From the NCBI RefSeq assembly GCF_009914755.1, contig NC_060935.1: 64,000 nt of DNA. One strand, given 5' to 3'. Positions 27,958-40,503 of this stretch are shown here, one piece after another (the first letter of the stretch is position 1; every line of letters begins with the position of its first letter). Below the pieces are notes generated by a model. It saw only the letters and a program-made list of their open reading frames with translations. It was not told where the DNA came from and did not search any database. Source of the stretch: the human T2T-CHM13v2.0 reference genome, Homo sapiens. Both the position numbers and the translations under genes were made by a program.

Positions 27958-28339
27958 AAACAAGGGTACTTCTTTTTGCAGTGACTAAAGTGTTCTTTCC
28001 TCCCACATCCCCAATTGTTCAATATATAATTAGAGGCTGCAATCACCAGAAAAAAAAAAAAAAAAACAAAACAAAAAAACAGGGCAAAGAATGTTATGCT
28101 ATGTGAGATACAAGATAATCTTTTTTTCTTTTTTCGCTTTGGCCTTCCTCTGATGAAATTAAATAACTGGTAGCATTCACTAGTCTCTCAATCCCTTTGT
28201 CATGGCCCCAGAATGTGGTCCTGGAATGTATAGCACAAAGGCAAAGCCGTGGCCTTGTGATTTCTGCCTATTCTCCCAGAAACAATTTCTTCTATGTGGC
28301 AAAACTGAAGAGAGGACCTTGAAGTGGGGCACTGGGAAG

Positions 28340-28540
28340 TCTGTGGAAACAGAAGCATACAGATGTGAATCTAAAGCCCAGCTCTACTGCTTACTAGCTG
28401 CGTGGACTTGAAAATGCCAACTTCTAGTGCCTCAGTTTCTTCATCTTGTTGAATGAAAATAATAATAGACACACACTGTGAGGTGACTGTGATAACATTC
28501 TGTATGTAAAATATATAGAAAGTACCTGTCTAGAATTTTC
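28340..28540 (+). mobile_element. MIR SINE
   Basis: cccagctctactgcttactagctgcgtggacttg...gcctcagtttcttcatct. Confidence 0.8.
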
Positions 28541-30819
28541 AGTGGTATTATTCTAATTCACAAGCAGCCAGAAATGTGTTTCCTAAGCTATAGTCTATTA
28601 GTATGTGAATTCTGGGTAAAAACTAAAATTCTTCCTGTAAAATCACATTTCTTGGTCATCTGTGGAAGCCACATGTTCTGTCTCTGACAACCCTGTGTAA
28701 AGGAGGTCTTTGTTGCCCCATGAACTTCATTCCACTTAAGACTATTTCCAGCTACTGCTGCAATGATTAGCAGCTCAAAGACACGAAACTCAAAATAATA
28801 AAACAACAACAAAAAGGTATATAGTAATTTTTTTTGTTTTCCTAAGGCATGAAAGTTCAGGGAGCTAATGGCCAATGAGCATGTACCATGTACCATGTCG
28901 TTTCTGGGCTTTTCCCTCGCTAGACTGTACATTCCAGAAATTCAGATTTTATGCCTATCTTATAAAGTCAGGAACTAAAAGTGGCACTGGCATGTAATAG
29001 GTGAAAAAAAAACCACATTTGAATAAATGTTTTATTGAGTCATCCAGACCCATTTTGGGTATATGCTTGACCTGAAATAGGTGGCAACATTAAATTTTCT
29101 GAACTTTGGATTTCTCATCTGCCAAACAAATAAATGAGTTTCAGGACCTGCAAACTGAAATCCTTTGAGTGGCACAGTAATGTTGTAACAAGCATGTAAA
29201 GGTATCTGGCATAAAGCAGAAAAAAGTGGTGGCATCTTGGTTAACTGGAGAGTCATGCCAAGGGATTTATATACAACTTTTTGTTTTGACGCAGAGCATA
29301 CCAAAGACAACCTATCCCCTGAAGACTAACTCATCATGCAGGCTACTTGTTTGTGAACACTGGTAGCGATAATTTAAATTAAGTCCTTTCCTTCACTAAC
29401 ACTGTGGTTGTCTGAGCCAAGGTACTCTTGGAGTATTGTCCACAGCTTGGCTGCTGCCAGCCTTGTTAATGCCTGATTTTTTTTTTTTTTTAATGAGATG
29501 CTCAAAAAGATCTGCGTGTAATTCCAGATGACATTGCCACCTTATTTATCCAAGGATGCCTGTCTCACTAGTAACTGATTTTGAATTCCAGATAATACTA
29601 TTATGTCCAATCCTGGATATTAGGTCAAATGGCTAAACTATTGCTTATTCACTTATGTCCCAGACGTGAGGTATCACTAGATCCAGAAATGAATTATCCC
29701 CGGTGGGCTCTCTTTGACACATGGCTCCAGGAACTCATCATTTAGACGTCAATCATTTTCTCCTCCTAGCTCTGATGTCTCACAGGTTTCCTGACAACAA
29801 TTAGGGGGAATAAAATCACTGATAATCACAATCACACCTGCCTTCCTTATTGGCTCGCAGGCAATTTACTTCACTCAGCTCTTCTATCACATAGCAGATC
29901 CTGGTGTTACTTTTCCAACCTTCAATTATAAACATTCAATCTGACAGCTTCCCTGAAGTTATTACTCTGTCTTCTATTTTCTGATATTGATCCCAAATGT
30001 TTGAGTAAAAGTCCACAAACTGTAGTCAGCCATTCAGATGTTTAGGCATATCCGGATGCGTAGTGTACATATAGACATGCCTCTGGGTGATGGTTGTGAT
30101 TCTGTAAGCTTTGAAGTTATATTGAATCAAAACAAAAATTTTCTACTGCCTGACTCTCTTTGTGTATCCAAAACTCATTAACATCTCTGATAACAGAAAG
30201 GACCGTCTACACCTGGGCACCCTTCAGCCACTCACAAAACATGACGAGTTTGAAATTTCACGCTTCTTTCTTCCTCCATCGTTTTCTGGAAGAGGACAGG
30301 GATAACTTTGAGATTTATTTCACTACTGATATCACTCACCCTACCACTCCTCTTAGAAAGCAAAAAGAGTTGCTCTCAGTATTGTTTGAAACAACAAATT
30401 TCTTTCCCAATTACAATAACAACTATTACCACCAATTCCTAAATATATGCAACGTTTTAGGCACTTGGCCAGTGGCTATAGATATTTATGATACTTATTT
30501 TTTTTTAATTAAGATGTTTATCTTTTGTCCCCATTTTGTAGATTTCAAAAACCTAACCTGGATGGAAGCTCACTTCCCTAAAATCATGCATGAATGACAC
30601 ACGGAATTTAAATGCAGTTCCGTCTGATTACAAACAAAACTATTAAGAACAGTAACTGCATGGTTTACTTTGCTATATATAGGTCAGGACTTTGGCACAC
30701 CCTATTTCATTAACCCTTGCAACAACCTGAGTTAGAAATTGTTCTCCCCACTTTGCAGATGAAGTAACTATTATTCACCTGTTTTTATTTTAGTTTCTTC
30801 CAAATCTTTGTCTCTGTGA

Positions 30820-31206
<387 letters not shown>

Positions 31207-31425
31207 TTTATATTTTTTAATTTAGTGGGGTATTTAATGCATACAACATATTTCTTGGGGTTATGTGATAAGTTAAAGGGACTAAACCTCTTGCTCATCT
31301 TTATGTTTCATATCTTTCCCGATTTAGCGTTCTTATAAATGTCCAGTTTTTGTATAAGAATTTCTCCTTTTTAAGGCTTCTACTTCCCATGTTGTAACAG
31401 AAAGGTGTGATAGAAAGAACAGACC

Positions 31426-31724
31426 GGCCGGGCATGGTGGCTCATACCTGTAATCGCAGCATTTTGGGAGGCTGAGGCAGGTGGATCATGAGGTCAGGAG
31501 TCCGATACCAGTCTGGCCGATATGGTGAAACCTGTCTCTACTAAAAATACAAAAAGTAGCTGGGGGTGGTGGCGCACACCTGTAATCCTAGCTACTCAGT
31601 AGGCTGAGGCAGGATAATTGCTTGAACTTGGAAGGTGGAGGTTTCAGTAAGCCGAGATCATGCCACTGTACTCTAGCCTGGGCAAATGAGAGAGACTCCT
31701 TCTCAAAAAAAGAAAAAAAAGAAA
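31426..31724 (+). mobile_element. AluS (Sg-like) SINE
   Basis: ggatcatgaggtcaggag; TSD aaagaacagacc at 31414 and 31725. Confidence 0.95.
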
Positions 31725-32158
31725 AAAGAACAGACCATTGGGAATCTCAATCCCAGTTCATCTCCTCATTAGGAGATCTAAAAAATATATTGCAATATTT
31801 TAAAATTTTAAAAACATATTGCAATATTTATCTTGATTACTGAGTTTTTTGGCAGCCTCTTAAACTTGTCAAGAAAGGTCACACTCACCTCACCCTGGTC
31901 CTGATTCTTTACCACATTTCTCTTATCAATTGACAACTATCATGTTGTCACATATGGTCTCATTCAGTCATTCAGAAAACTACATGCAAATCCATATTTC
32001 TACATAGTCTGGGCTGTTTGATCTCCTTGTAACCTCGTTATAAATAAGTTCTCACTGTGATGCAGCCTGGGGCAGGTCCAGGAGCCCACACTCGAATAAT
32101 TAATGAGTGGGAAATGGATGATTTTATGATTCCTGACCTTTCCACTTTAATCCATTAG

Positions 32159-32224
32159 GGATTATAGATCGGTTAGTAGTTACTGCAACTGGACAAAAGC
32201 TGTCTAAGTGGAAAATTGATCGTG
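32159..32224 (+). other. Candidate 66-nt cassette exon
   Basis: Branch-point-like ctgac (32133), ctttccactttaatccattag| acceptor and GTG|gtaagt donor. Confidence 0.35.
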
Positions 32225-32831
32225 GTAAGTGCATGCATGGTGGTTCCACTCATTAATACTTCCCATTTTAGCATTGTGAACTTTCACTCACCGATATCTC
32301 AGGTTCATGCCCCAGTGCGCCAAGCTGAAGACGCAAAAGACTTGGCACAAGCTGACAGAGCTGTCTTTTTTACATGTTAATTAAAAGAAATGGCATAAAA
32401 ATCAGCAGATCAGCACCAGGCTCTAGGAAGCAGCCCCAAAGGCCTTCTCACCCCAAGCTCAATCGGCCTCCTCACCCCCAGGAAGGTTTTGCAGATATTT
32501 GCAGACATCAGTGCAGGCTCATTTTCTTTGACTCCATCAGAAGCCCACTTCACTGTAGAGGATATTTCAGCAAGAGAGAACTGTGATGTGGAGGAAAGGG
32601 CATGGGGAACCAGAGTTCTTGACCTAATTCTCTTTTGCTACCTGTTTCTGGACTTTACTTTTGCCCATTTGAAAAGTGAGATGGTTGGATTGGATACTCT
32701 TTAAGGACTGACCCTGGAACTCTATGATCCCCTTGAGTACCCACTCACTCATATATGCCTCCATGTCTGCCATTTTACTAGATTATAGTAGCAAACAGGT
32801 TCCATTTCAAATACTGAATCCAATTAATTAG

Positions 32832-32923
32832 TGGGATTTAGTATGGAAACATGCTTACAGTTTTATAGCCTAGGAGGAATAGGCTATATTATATAGCTTA
32901 GGTAGTAGTACACTATATCAACT
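32832..32923 (+). repeat. 92-bp copy of 34167-34258 (Tigger3 internal segment), 3 mismatches
   Basis: tgggatttagtatgg...gcttaggtagtagtac.ctatatcaact is present at both sites. Confidence 0.95.
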
Positions 32924-33374
32924 GGAGCTCCGTGTTGAAAGATTTCTGAAGCTGTATCTGACCTCAGAAAGACAAGTTTGCCATGTCCCCATGGGGTGGA
33001 CTGGGGCTGGAGATGCGGCCATGCTGGTTCCTGCATTCTATTTGTTCCATGCATTGTAACTCCCTTCCTTGTACTAGATTAGGAGCTCATCAAGATATGA
33101 ATTCTGTTCTTTCATCTTTATATCCCTGGCACCCAGCTCAAGGCCTTTAAAATAATAGATGTTCAAAAATGTTGAAGGATCCAATGGAGGAACGAAAGAA
33201 CAACCATCATGTAGCTCTAAAACTCTACGAGTCTTCAGGATATAGGTTGTTTCTTTTAATGCCTGCATTTTCTTTGTATAACGCAACACTTGGCCTCCTA
33301 CAGTTCTCAATAACAGTAATGTGAATGTTTCGGTGATTGGAATAATTCTACAGCAAAAAGGTATAAAGAAGGGG

Positions 33375-33605
33375 TAATTACATGGTTTCTGGAGTCAAAG
33401 TGCTTGTGTTCAAATCCCAAACCTGCTGTTTGAAGTTATCTTTCGGCAGGTTTCTTCATTTTACTAACCAACAATTTCCTCATCTGTAAGATGGGGATAA
33501 TAATTGTACATAAATCATTGGTTGTTAAAAGACCTAAACAACGTGGGAGTCCACAGTGGAGTGCCTGGCACATATGAAGCACTCAGTATATATAAGTTAT
33601 TATCA
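33375..33605 (+). mobile_element. MIR SINE
   Basis: tctggagtcaaag...ttcaaatccc...tttcctcatctgtaagatggggataataa...gtgcctggcacata. Confidence 0.85.
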
Positions 33606-34012
33606 TAATTACTAGTTAGTGCTTGACTATGAAAATGTATTACATAACATACTGGAGCCAAGGCTATTTCGTGGTTTCATAGTATGTCTAAATAAATCAA
33701 GGCTATTTTGAGGGAGACAAACAAAAAAAATATATATATCTATATATATCTACATCCTTTTGAGAGGGTGTGGAGTGTTGGGAGATTGTGTGTGGGAGGA
33801 GGAAGAACACAGAAAAATTGAAATTAAGAACCCAGAACCTTCCCACCATCTCCAGATAATTTTCCAAAGCCCCTTATCCCTAAGTCTTATAAACATTTTC
33901 TGTCTTCACAACCAAGTTCAAGGTGAGAGGCACAAAATAATTCCTTTGCTCAGTCTTTGACCCTGGCTGGACTGTCCCCTCAAAGTTACATCAGTACTTA
34001 TTTCAACAATTT

Positions 34013-34354
34013 CAGTCATGCACCACACAACAACATTTTGGTCAATGACAAACCAAATATACAAGGGTGGTCTCATAAGCTTATAATATCATATATTAAC
34101 TGTACTTTTTCTATGTTTAGTTATGTTTAGATACACAAATATTTAGCATCATATTATAATTACCTATGGGATTTAGTATGGTAACATGCTTACAGTTTTA
34201 TAGCGTAGGAGGAATAGGCTATATTATATAGCTTAGGTAGTAGTACGCTATATCAACTAGGTTTGTATAAGCACACTATATAATGTTCACACAATAATGA
34301 AATTTTCTCATGCATTTCTCAGAATGTATCCCTTTGTTAAGCAACACACGACTG
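34013..34354. mobile_element. Tigger3a/MER7-like TcMar MITE
   Basis: TIR-like ends cagtcatgcaccacacaac ... gttaagcaacacacgactg followed by TA; about 340 bp. Confidence 0.85.
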
Positions 34355-34859
34355 TATTTTCTTAAACTCTTTGTATACATCAGATTCTTCAAAGACTTTA
34401 CAAAAGAAAATGACCAGAGACACTGGATTATAGTCTGGTAGGACTGTAGATCCCTTTTCCATTCTATAATTACCTGTATATACTAAACGGCATATAGACA
34501 TAAATAAGGGACATATAAAGGGAACTGTACAAAAATGTTGTAGTGGTGAGTTAGTATGGCTTACATTAGAGGGAAAGAAAAATGTTATGGCCCAGGTCAT
34601 AAAGTTGATTAGTTGACTAAGTAATTGTATGTCAAAATGGGTAGCAGAGAACCTAAAATACAGTAGACAATCAGTATGTTACTCATCTCCTTCTACTCTA
34701 TATCTTATAATTGTTGTCAACATTCACAATACACTTGGTTCTTAACACTCAATTCAAAAATTGTTTTCACAACCTTCTTCAAAACCTTCTCTCACTCACT
34801 TTAGTTTGTAAGTATGAATTATCTTCTTACTTTACTGATAAACAACACATATTCAACAT

Positions 34860-35230
34860 TGTCTTAGTCCATTTTGTGCTTCTATAACAGAATACCACAG
34901 ACTGAATCATTTATAATGAACAGAAATTTTTTTCTTGCAGTTCTGGAGGCTGGGAAGTTCAAGATCAAGGTGCAGGCTTCTGGCAAGGACCTTCTTGCTC
35001 CATCATAACATGGTAAGAGGCACCACATAATGGAAGGGTAAGGAGAGGACGAGAGAGAGACAAAAGGGGGCCAAACTCATCCTTTTATAAGGAACTCACT
35101 CCCTAGATAACAGCATTAATTCATTCATGAGGGCTCTGCTCCTGCCAAAGGTCCTATCTCCCAATGCTGTTACAATGGCTATTAAATTTCAACCTGAGTT
35201 TGGGAGGGGAAGAACACTCAAACCACAGCA
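34860..35230 (-). mobile_element. MST-type MaLR solo LTR
   Basis: tgtcttagtccattttgtgct...gttctggaggctgggaagttcaagatcaagg...caaaccacagca; perfect 5-bp TSD aacat. Confidence 0.92.
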
Positions 35231-36859
35231 AACATGTATCTATAGCATATCTTCTGTCTGCCAGGTACCTGGTAGGTACTGTGAAAGACACAAAATGAAC
35301 CAGACATTGATCTTATTTCCAAGGATTTTAGAGTCTAATTAGTCTAGTGTGGACAGAGGGGTTAAGTATGACACCCTGAATCATTATAATACAGTAAAAA
35401 GTCATCTAGAACTTAGAAATTTAGGCAAAATAAAATGGGTGAGAAGGACAGGAGGAAGAAAGAAGGAAAAAGGAAAACTTAGGTATATTTAGTAGCCACT
35501 GTACACCGGGCACTGTTCTAGCCACTTAACCATGTTATGTCTATATAGCTATACTTATGTCTCTACATCTATATAAATTGCATCTATATCAGTCATCTAT
35601 ATTTACCTGATAAAATATATATGTATCAGCAAGTAATTATTGTCCCCATTTTACATATGAGGAAGTAGAACATCTGAAAAGTATTCTTAGAAAAGGGGGA
35701 AAAATAACATTTGCTAAAATTGTCCCCTTGACTCATCTTTGATTCTCTTTACAAGCCTCCATATCCTTCTTCAGAATAATAAATTTTATTTATTAAATGT
35801 CAGGTATCTGCTAAACTCTTTATACATATTACATAATGATAACAAGAACACATCAAAGTAGTTGTGTTTGTTCTCTCTCATTTTATAATTGAGAAAATGA
35901 AGACTCAGGGAACTCATAGAAGGGAAGCACTCCAAATTGAGGCATTCTCTGTTAAGTTTTGCTTCTACTTCAACAGCTAAAAATATATACATATACAATA
36001 CATATATGTGTGTATGTTTATATGTGTATACATGCATATATATTATAATATTATTATCTAATATGTATTAAGCTCTCATAAAGTGTTAAGTATTAATCCA
36101 AGGGTTTTTTGTGTATAACAAAATTTTGATTCACTTGAATGGATAAAATTTTATCATGCCCATTACTAAGGTGTGGTCATTATTCTCATTGTACAGATGG
36201 GAATACTAGGTTAGAGGAGTTGGAAATTTACTGAAGGTTACATAGTAGATAAATGGCTGAGCAAGGATGAATTCAGAGCCTCCACTCTGAAGCAGCTGAA
36301 AGGAAAGGGCTGGAATTGGGAACTAGACACAATGATGAGGTATATACCTCTTCAGAAGTAGAGGTGGAGAATTGAAAACTTCATGAGAAAATGGCTTTGT
36401 TCTATCCTTAATTCTCTCCAAGATCCAGATACAATGTCAGTGCATAGGTTTCAGCTCACAGTTAAATAGCTTTAGTGTCTGCTTTGAAAGAATTCAAATT
36501 TCTCTGAGATCCCCATTAATAAGAAGCCAGTAGGATGTCCCAGTCTCCCACCAGCCCAGTTAGCCTAGTCTGACACGTTAAACCTACATTTCTGAGAGTG
36601 ACAGACAATGTCATTTTGTTTGTTCTTGGGTAAAGCCCTGTCACTTTCTCTGCTTAGAGAGGTCTGCTCAGTGTATTGATGGCCCCAATCAGGAAAATCC
36701 ACTCTAGTGTGGACAAGGCCAAAACGTTTAGGGAAAATACTTTCTGCCTGGAGATAAGGCTGGTGCCTCAGTTGGTAAGACTGGGGAGTAAGGAGACAGA
36801 GAAGCCTTGATACTTGATTCACCTGCCTAGGAACAAGGAGCATGGGATGTGGAACAAGG

Positions 36860-37065
36860 AAAACTGGGCTGGGATTAAATCTCTGTTCTATATTTTACCA
36901 ACTGAATCAATTTAGGTTACTTAAAATTTTTGAGCCTCAGTTTTCTGAACTGTAAAATTATCATAACATTGAGCATTATTAAATTAAACAATGTACAGAA
37001 AGTGTTTAGCTTATTTACTGGCACACAATAGGTATTAAAATATGGTAAATATAATGATTATTAGA
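36860..37065 (+). mobile_element. MIR SINE
   Basis: tgagcctcagttttctgaactgtaaaat...ctggcacacaataggta. Confidence 0.75.
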
Positions 37066-37884
37066 GTCATTATCATTATCATCTTCATCATCAGGCTCCT
37101 TATCATTAATAACATAGATTATAAGCCAATATTCTTATATGCCCCTTCAGGATATCAGAATCTACCACCATTGGATAATTTGGTCAAAGACTTGTTGTAA
37201 GTCGCAGAAAAGATCCTCTTTCTCCAGTTCAAATATTTGCTCATCTGGAGGCAAAGGAGAGCTTGCTTTAGAGATTAATATGAGATGAAACTTTAAATTT
37301 CCCTTGTTGGAACTGGGTATTCTAAATAATGACCTGGAGATTTGAATATTAACACTCCCTAAAGAGGAAGTAGCCAAATGGCATTCTCTATTGCTTTCCA
37401 CAAATCCAATTAGTGAAAAGCTCAATTTACAATGAATCATAGGAGGGGTGCATGGAAAGAACACTATCTGGGAATAAAGAGAGATATGATCTAGTTGAAA
37501 TAATACTCATAATTAATTTTTCCACTACTCTCTGCAGTTTAAAACACATTCATAAAAATGACCTTTCCAACAACCCTATGGGTGCATGTTATTATTATTT
37601 TTCCATAATCCAATCCCTCACTAAATCCTGCTGACGGTACGCCTAATTGTACCTGGATTCCAATCTTTCCGCTCCATAAAAACAAATACAAATCTAGATT
37701 AGGGCTCATCACCTCTTCTAAGTCTGTCAATAGCCTCCTCACTGATTTTCCTTTCTCAGTTTCACTTCCTTTACTTCATTTTCTATTCTTATGCCAGAAG
37801 GCTTTTTCTAAATTACATACAAGATAATTTTACTCCCTAGAATCAAACTTTTCAAATTCTATGTCTGCAAATTACCATGAGATC

Positions 37885-38139
37885 CTTCTTTCTCCCACCC
37901 TCTCTCTTTTCCTCCCTTCCCTTCTCCTTCCTTCCTTCCTTCCTTCCTCCCTCCCTCCCGTCCTCCCTCTCTTCCTTCTTTCCCTCCCTCCCTCCCTTCC
38001 TTCTTTCCTTCCTTCCTCCCTCCTTCCTTCTCTCCCTCCCTCCCTCCTTCTCTCCCTCCCTCCCTTCTTCTCTCCTTCCTTCCTTCCTTCCTTCCTTCCT
38101 TCCTTCCTTCCTTCCTTCCTTCCTTCCTTCCTTCCTTCC
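37885..38139. repeat. Polypyrimidine (TTCC/TCCC) tract ending in perfect (TTCC)16, i.e. (GGAA)16 on the minus strand
   Basis: Almost purine-free for about 255 bp; perfect TTCC run at 38076-38139. Confidence 0.97.
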
Positions 38140-38736
38140 AGTGGTATTTGTTCGGCAAATTCTGCCCCACAAATTTCATGTTAAAGCACCAGTAAGCACA
38201 GCTACTTCAGCAGAGGCAAAGTTTAGCACTTGCTTGCACCCTGCTCCCTGATTCATTGCCCCACTCTAATCTAAGTAGTTTATGGAACACAGTTTGACAA
38301 GCAACCGGCCTGTAGAATCAAGTTCAGTTATCTCACCTGGCAAAAGAGTCCAGGTTTAACTCACCAGGCTCCTCAATGAGGAATTAGCTCAAGTTACAAA
38401 GGCAGTTCAGAGAAGTGGGCCTCCCAAGGCACAGGGTTGAACTGACACTGGTGGAGGGAGAGTGAGAGGAGTCTAAATGGGGAATGATAAGCACACCCAC
38501 CTGCCACTCCACTTTTTGATCCAATGGGACCTTTCGAAATTACCTGAAAGAAATATTCATGCTCACACCTTAGGCTTTTTACAAGCTGGAATGTTTTTTC
38601 AACCCAATACCACAGATATTACGTCCCTGTGTAACCTCTCTGACTTCCTTTCCTTGCTTTAGGCTGTTTTATCTTGTACATCCTTTTTATATGACTCATG
38701 CTTAACTATTTGATACTGCATATCACCAGGTACTGA

Positions 38737-39061
<325 letters not shown>

Positions 39062-40054
39062 ACATGTTTATGTGTTTCTCCCACCAGACTTTAAAAACAG
39101 GGAAAATATCCTATTCACATCTTGGTCACAACCACAGTGACTGGCACATAGTAGGTGCTCAATATACATGTGTGGAGCTGGACATAGGCTTCATTTCACA
39201 AGTAAACAAATGTACAGATGGTATACAAGCACTGGCTAAGTGGTGTGACTGAGACGATGACCTGTAGGACATGATTATTTGCTTTACAAAAAGATTTGAT
39301 TAACAAGAACTGAATTAACAAATGACTATTCTCAAGACACAGCTATCACATTGTGAGAGAGACACCATTATCTCACCAATAAAATAGATTAACTAAATTT
39401 GGGGCTGCAATCTAATTCTGAAGCCTGCATGGAATGAGATGATGAATATGAGGGGAGGAAGAGAATAGAAGAGAAGAAATATATGGGCAGGATACAGGGC
39501 TTTCTGGCAACCATAAATAGTGCCCTCAGTAATCTGAGCTTTTGACCAAGAAAATCAATGAATAACAGCTGACAGCTGATATATGGGCAATCACCATAGA
39601 AACAGCACGGCTCCCAGGATAGGTCAAGACTTGACTGTAGCCAAATCAGCATATTATCATATCTCCAGGAAGAACATAGAGCACCAAAGCAGAGGGGTTC
39701 CTTTACCATGGGAAGTATAAAGAGAAAGAAAATTGACAGAGCGGTGCAATGCTCCCCACGAAGAGAGACACTGAACCCAGAAAGCATCAACACCCCAGTT
39801 GCTAGAAAAGCATTTTCTCTTTGGGGAGAGAAAAGCTTCATCAGAGCTAATCTTAGCTCTCATGAAAAATTCTTCCTGATAATCTTTATTTCTTCTCTTT
39901 GTTCCTTTTTCCTTCTTTTTATTCATTTACCTAACTTATAGGTATGAAAATAGTCATTAAAAACGTATACTCTGGAGTCAAATAGCCTCAGGTTCCCATC
40001 CCAGTGTTGTCCCTGATTAAAAATGGAACTTGAGTGTGTACCTTGGCAGCTGCT

Positions 40055-40503
40055 ATCTTCCTATATGTCTTAGTTCTTCTTACAGAAGGGCGCTTCTCCT
40101 GCCTTCCAACTCCTCCAGTGCTCTCTCTGATGGCTGGAGCCTGTTGTGCCTGCATGCACACAGCAGGCTGGAGGGCTGGGGAATAATGCCCTCGAAACCT
40201 ATTCTTAGCAGACCTCAGCCAATGACTGATGGAAGGTGGTATATAGATACCCCATCTCCCTTGCTTTTCTGATGGGATAACTCTCATGTAAGTGTTCTGC
40301 GCTGGCTGCTGGCGTTTCCCCATGGCATTGAGTTCTAGTTACCCACAGTGGTATCTGACTAGATGAAGCACCCTTTGTTGGCTGTTTTCCTTTTCCTGTC
40401 TCACTCCTCTACTCCCCCATGGACGTTTCCTGAGAAATCTCTCAAACTACTTGCACTTGAATCCTATTTTCAGAATTTGTTTCTGAGGTACCCAAACTAA
40501 GAA
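40055..40503 (+). mobile_element. LTR16-like (ERVL) solo LTR inserted into a MIR (MIR halves at about 39950-40055 and 40505-40645)
   Basis: gatgggataactc...cccacagtggta...ttgcacttgaatcct...gtttctgaggtacccaaactaaga. Confidence 0.7.

Noticed and set aside
37852-38251. Four ORFs over 100 aa with KEGR or PSFL repeats
   Set aside because: Translations of the (TTCC)n tract, which has no stop codons
39389-39841. 150-aa minus-strand ORF
   Set aside because: No recognisable homology or splice signals; composition typical of a chance ORF
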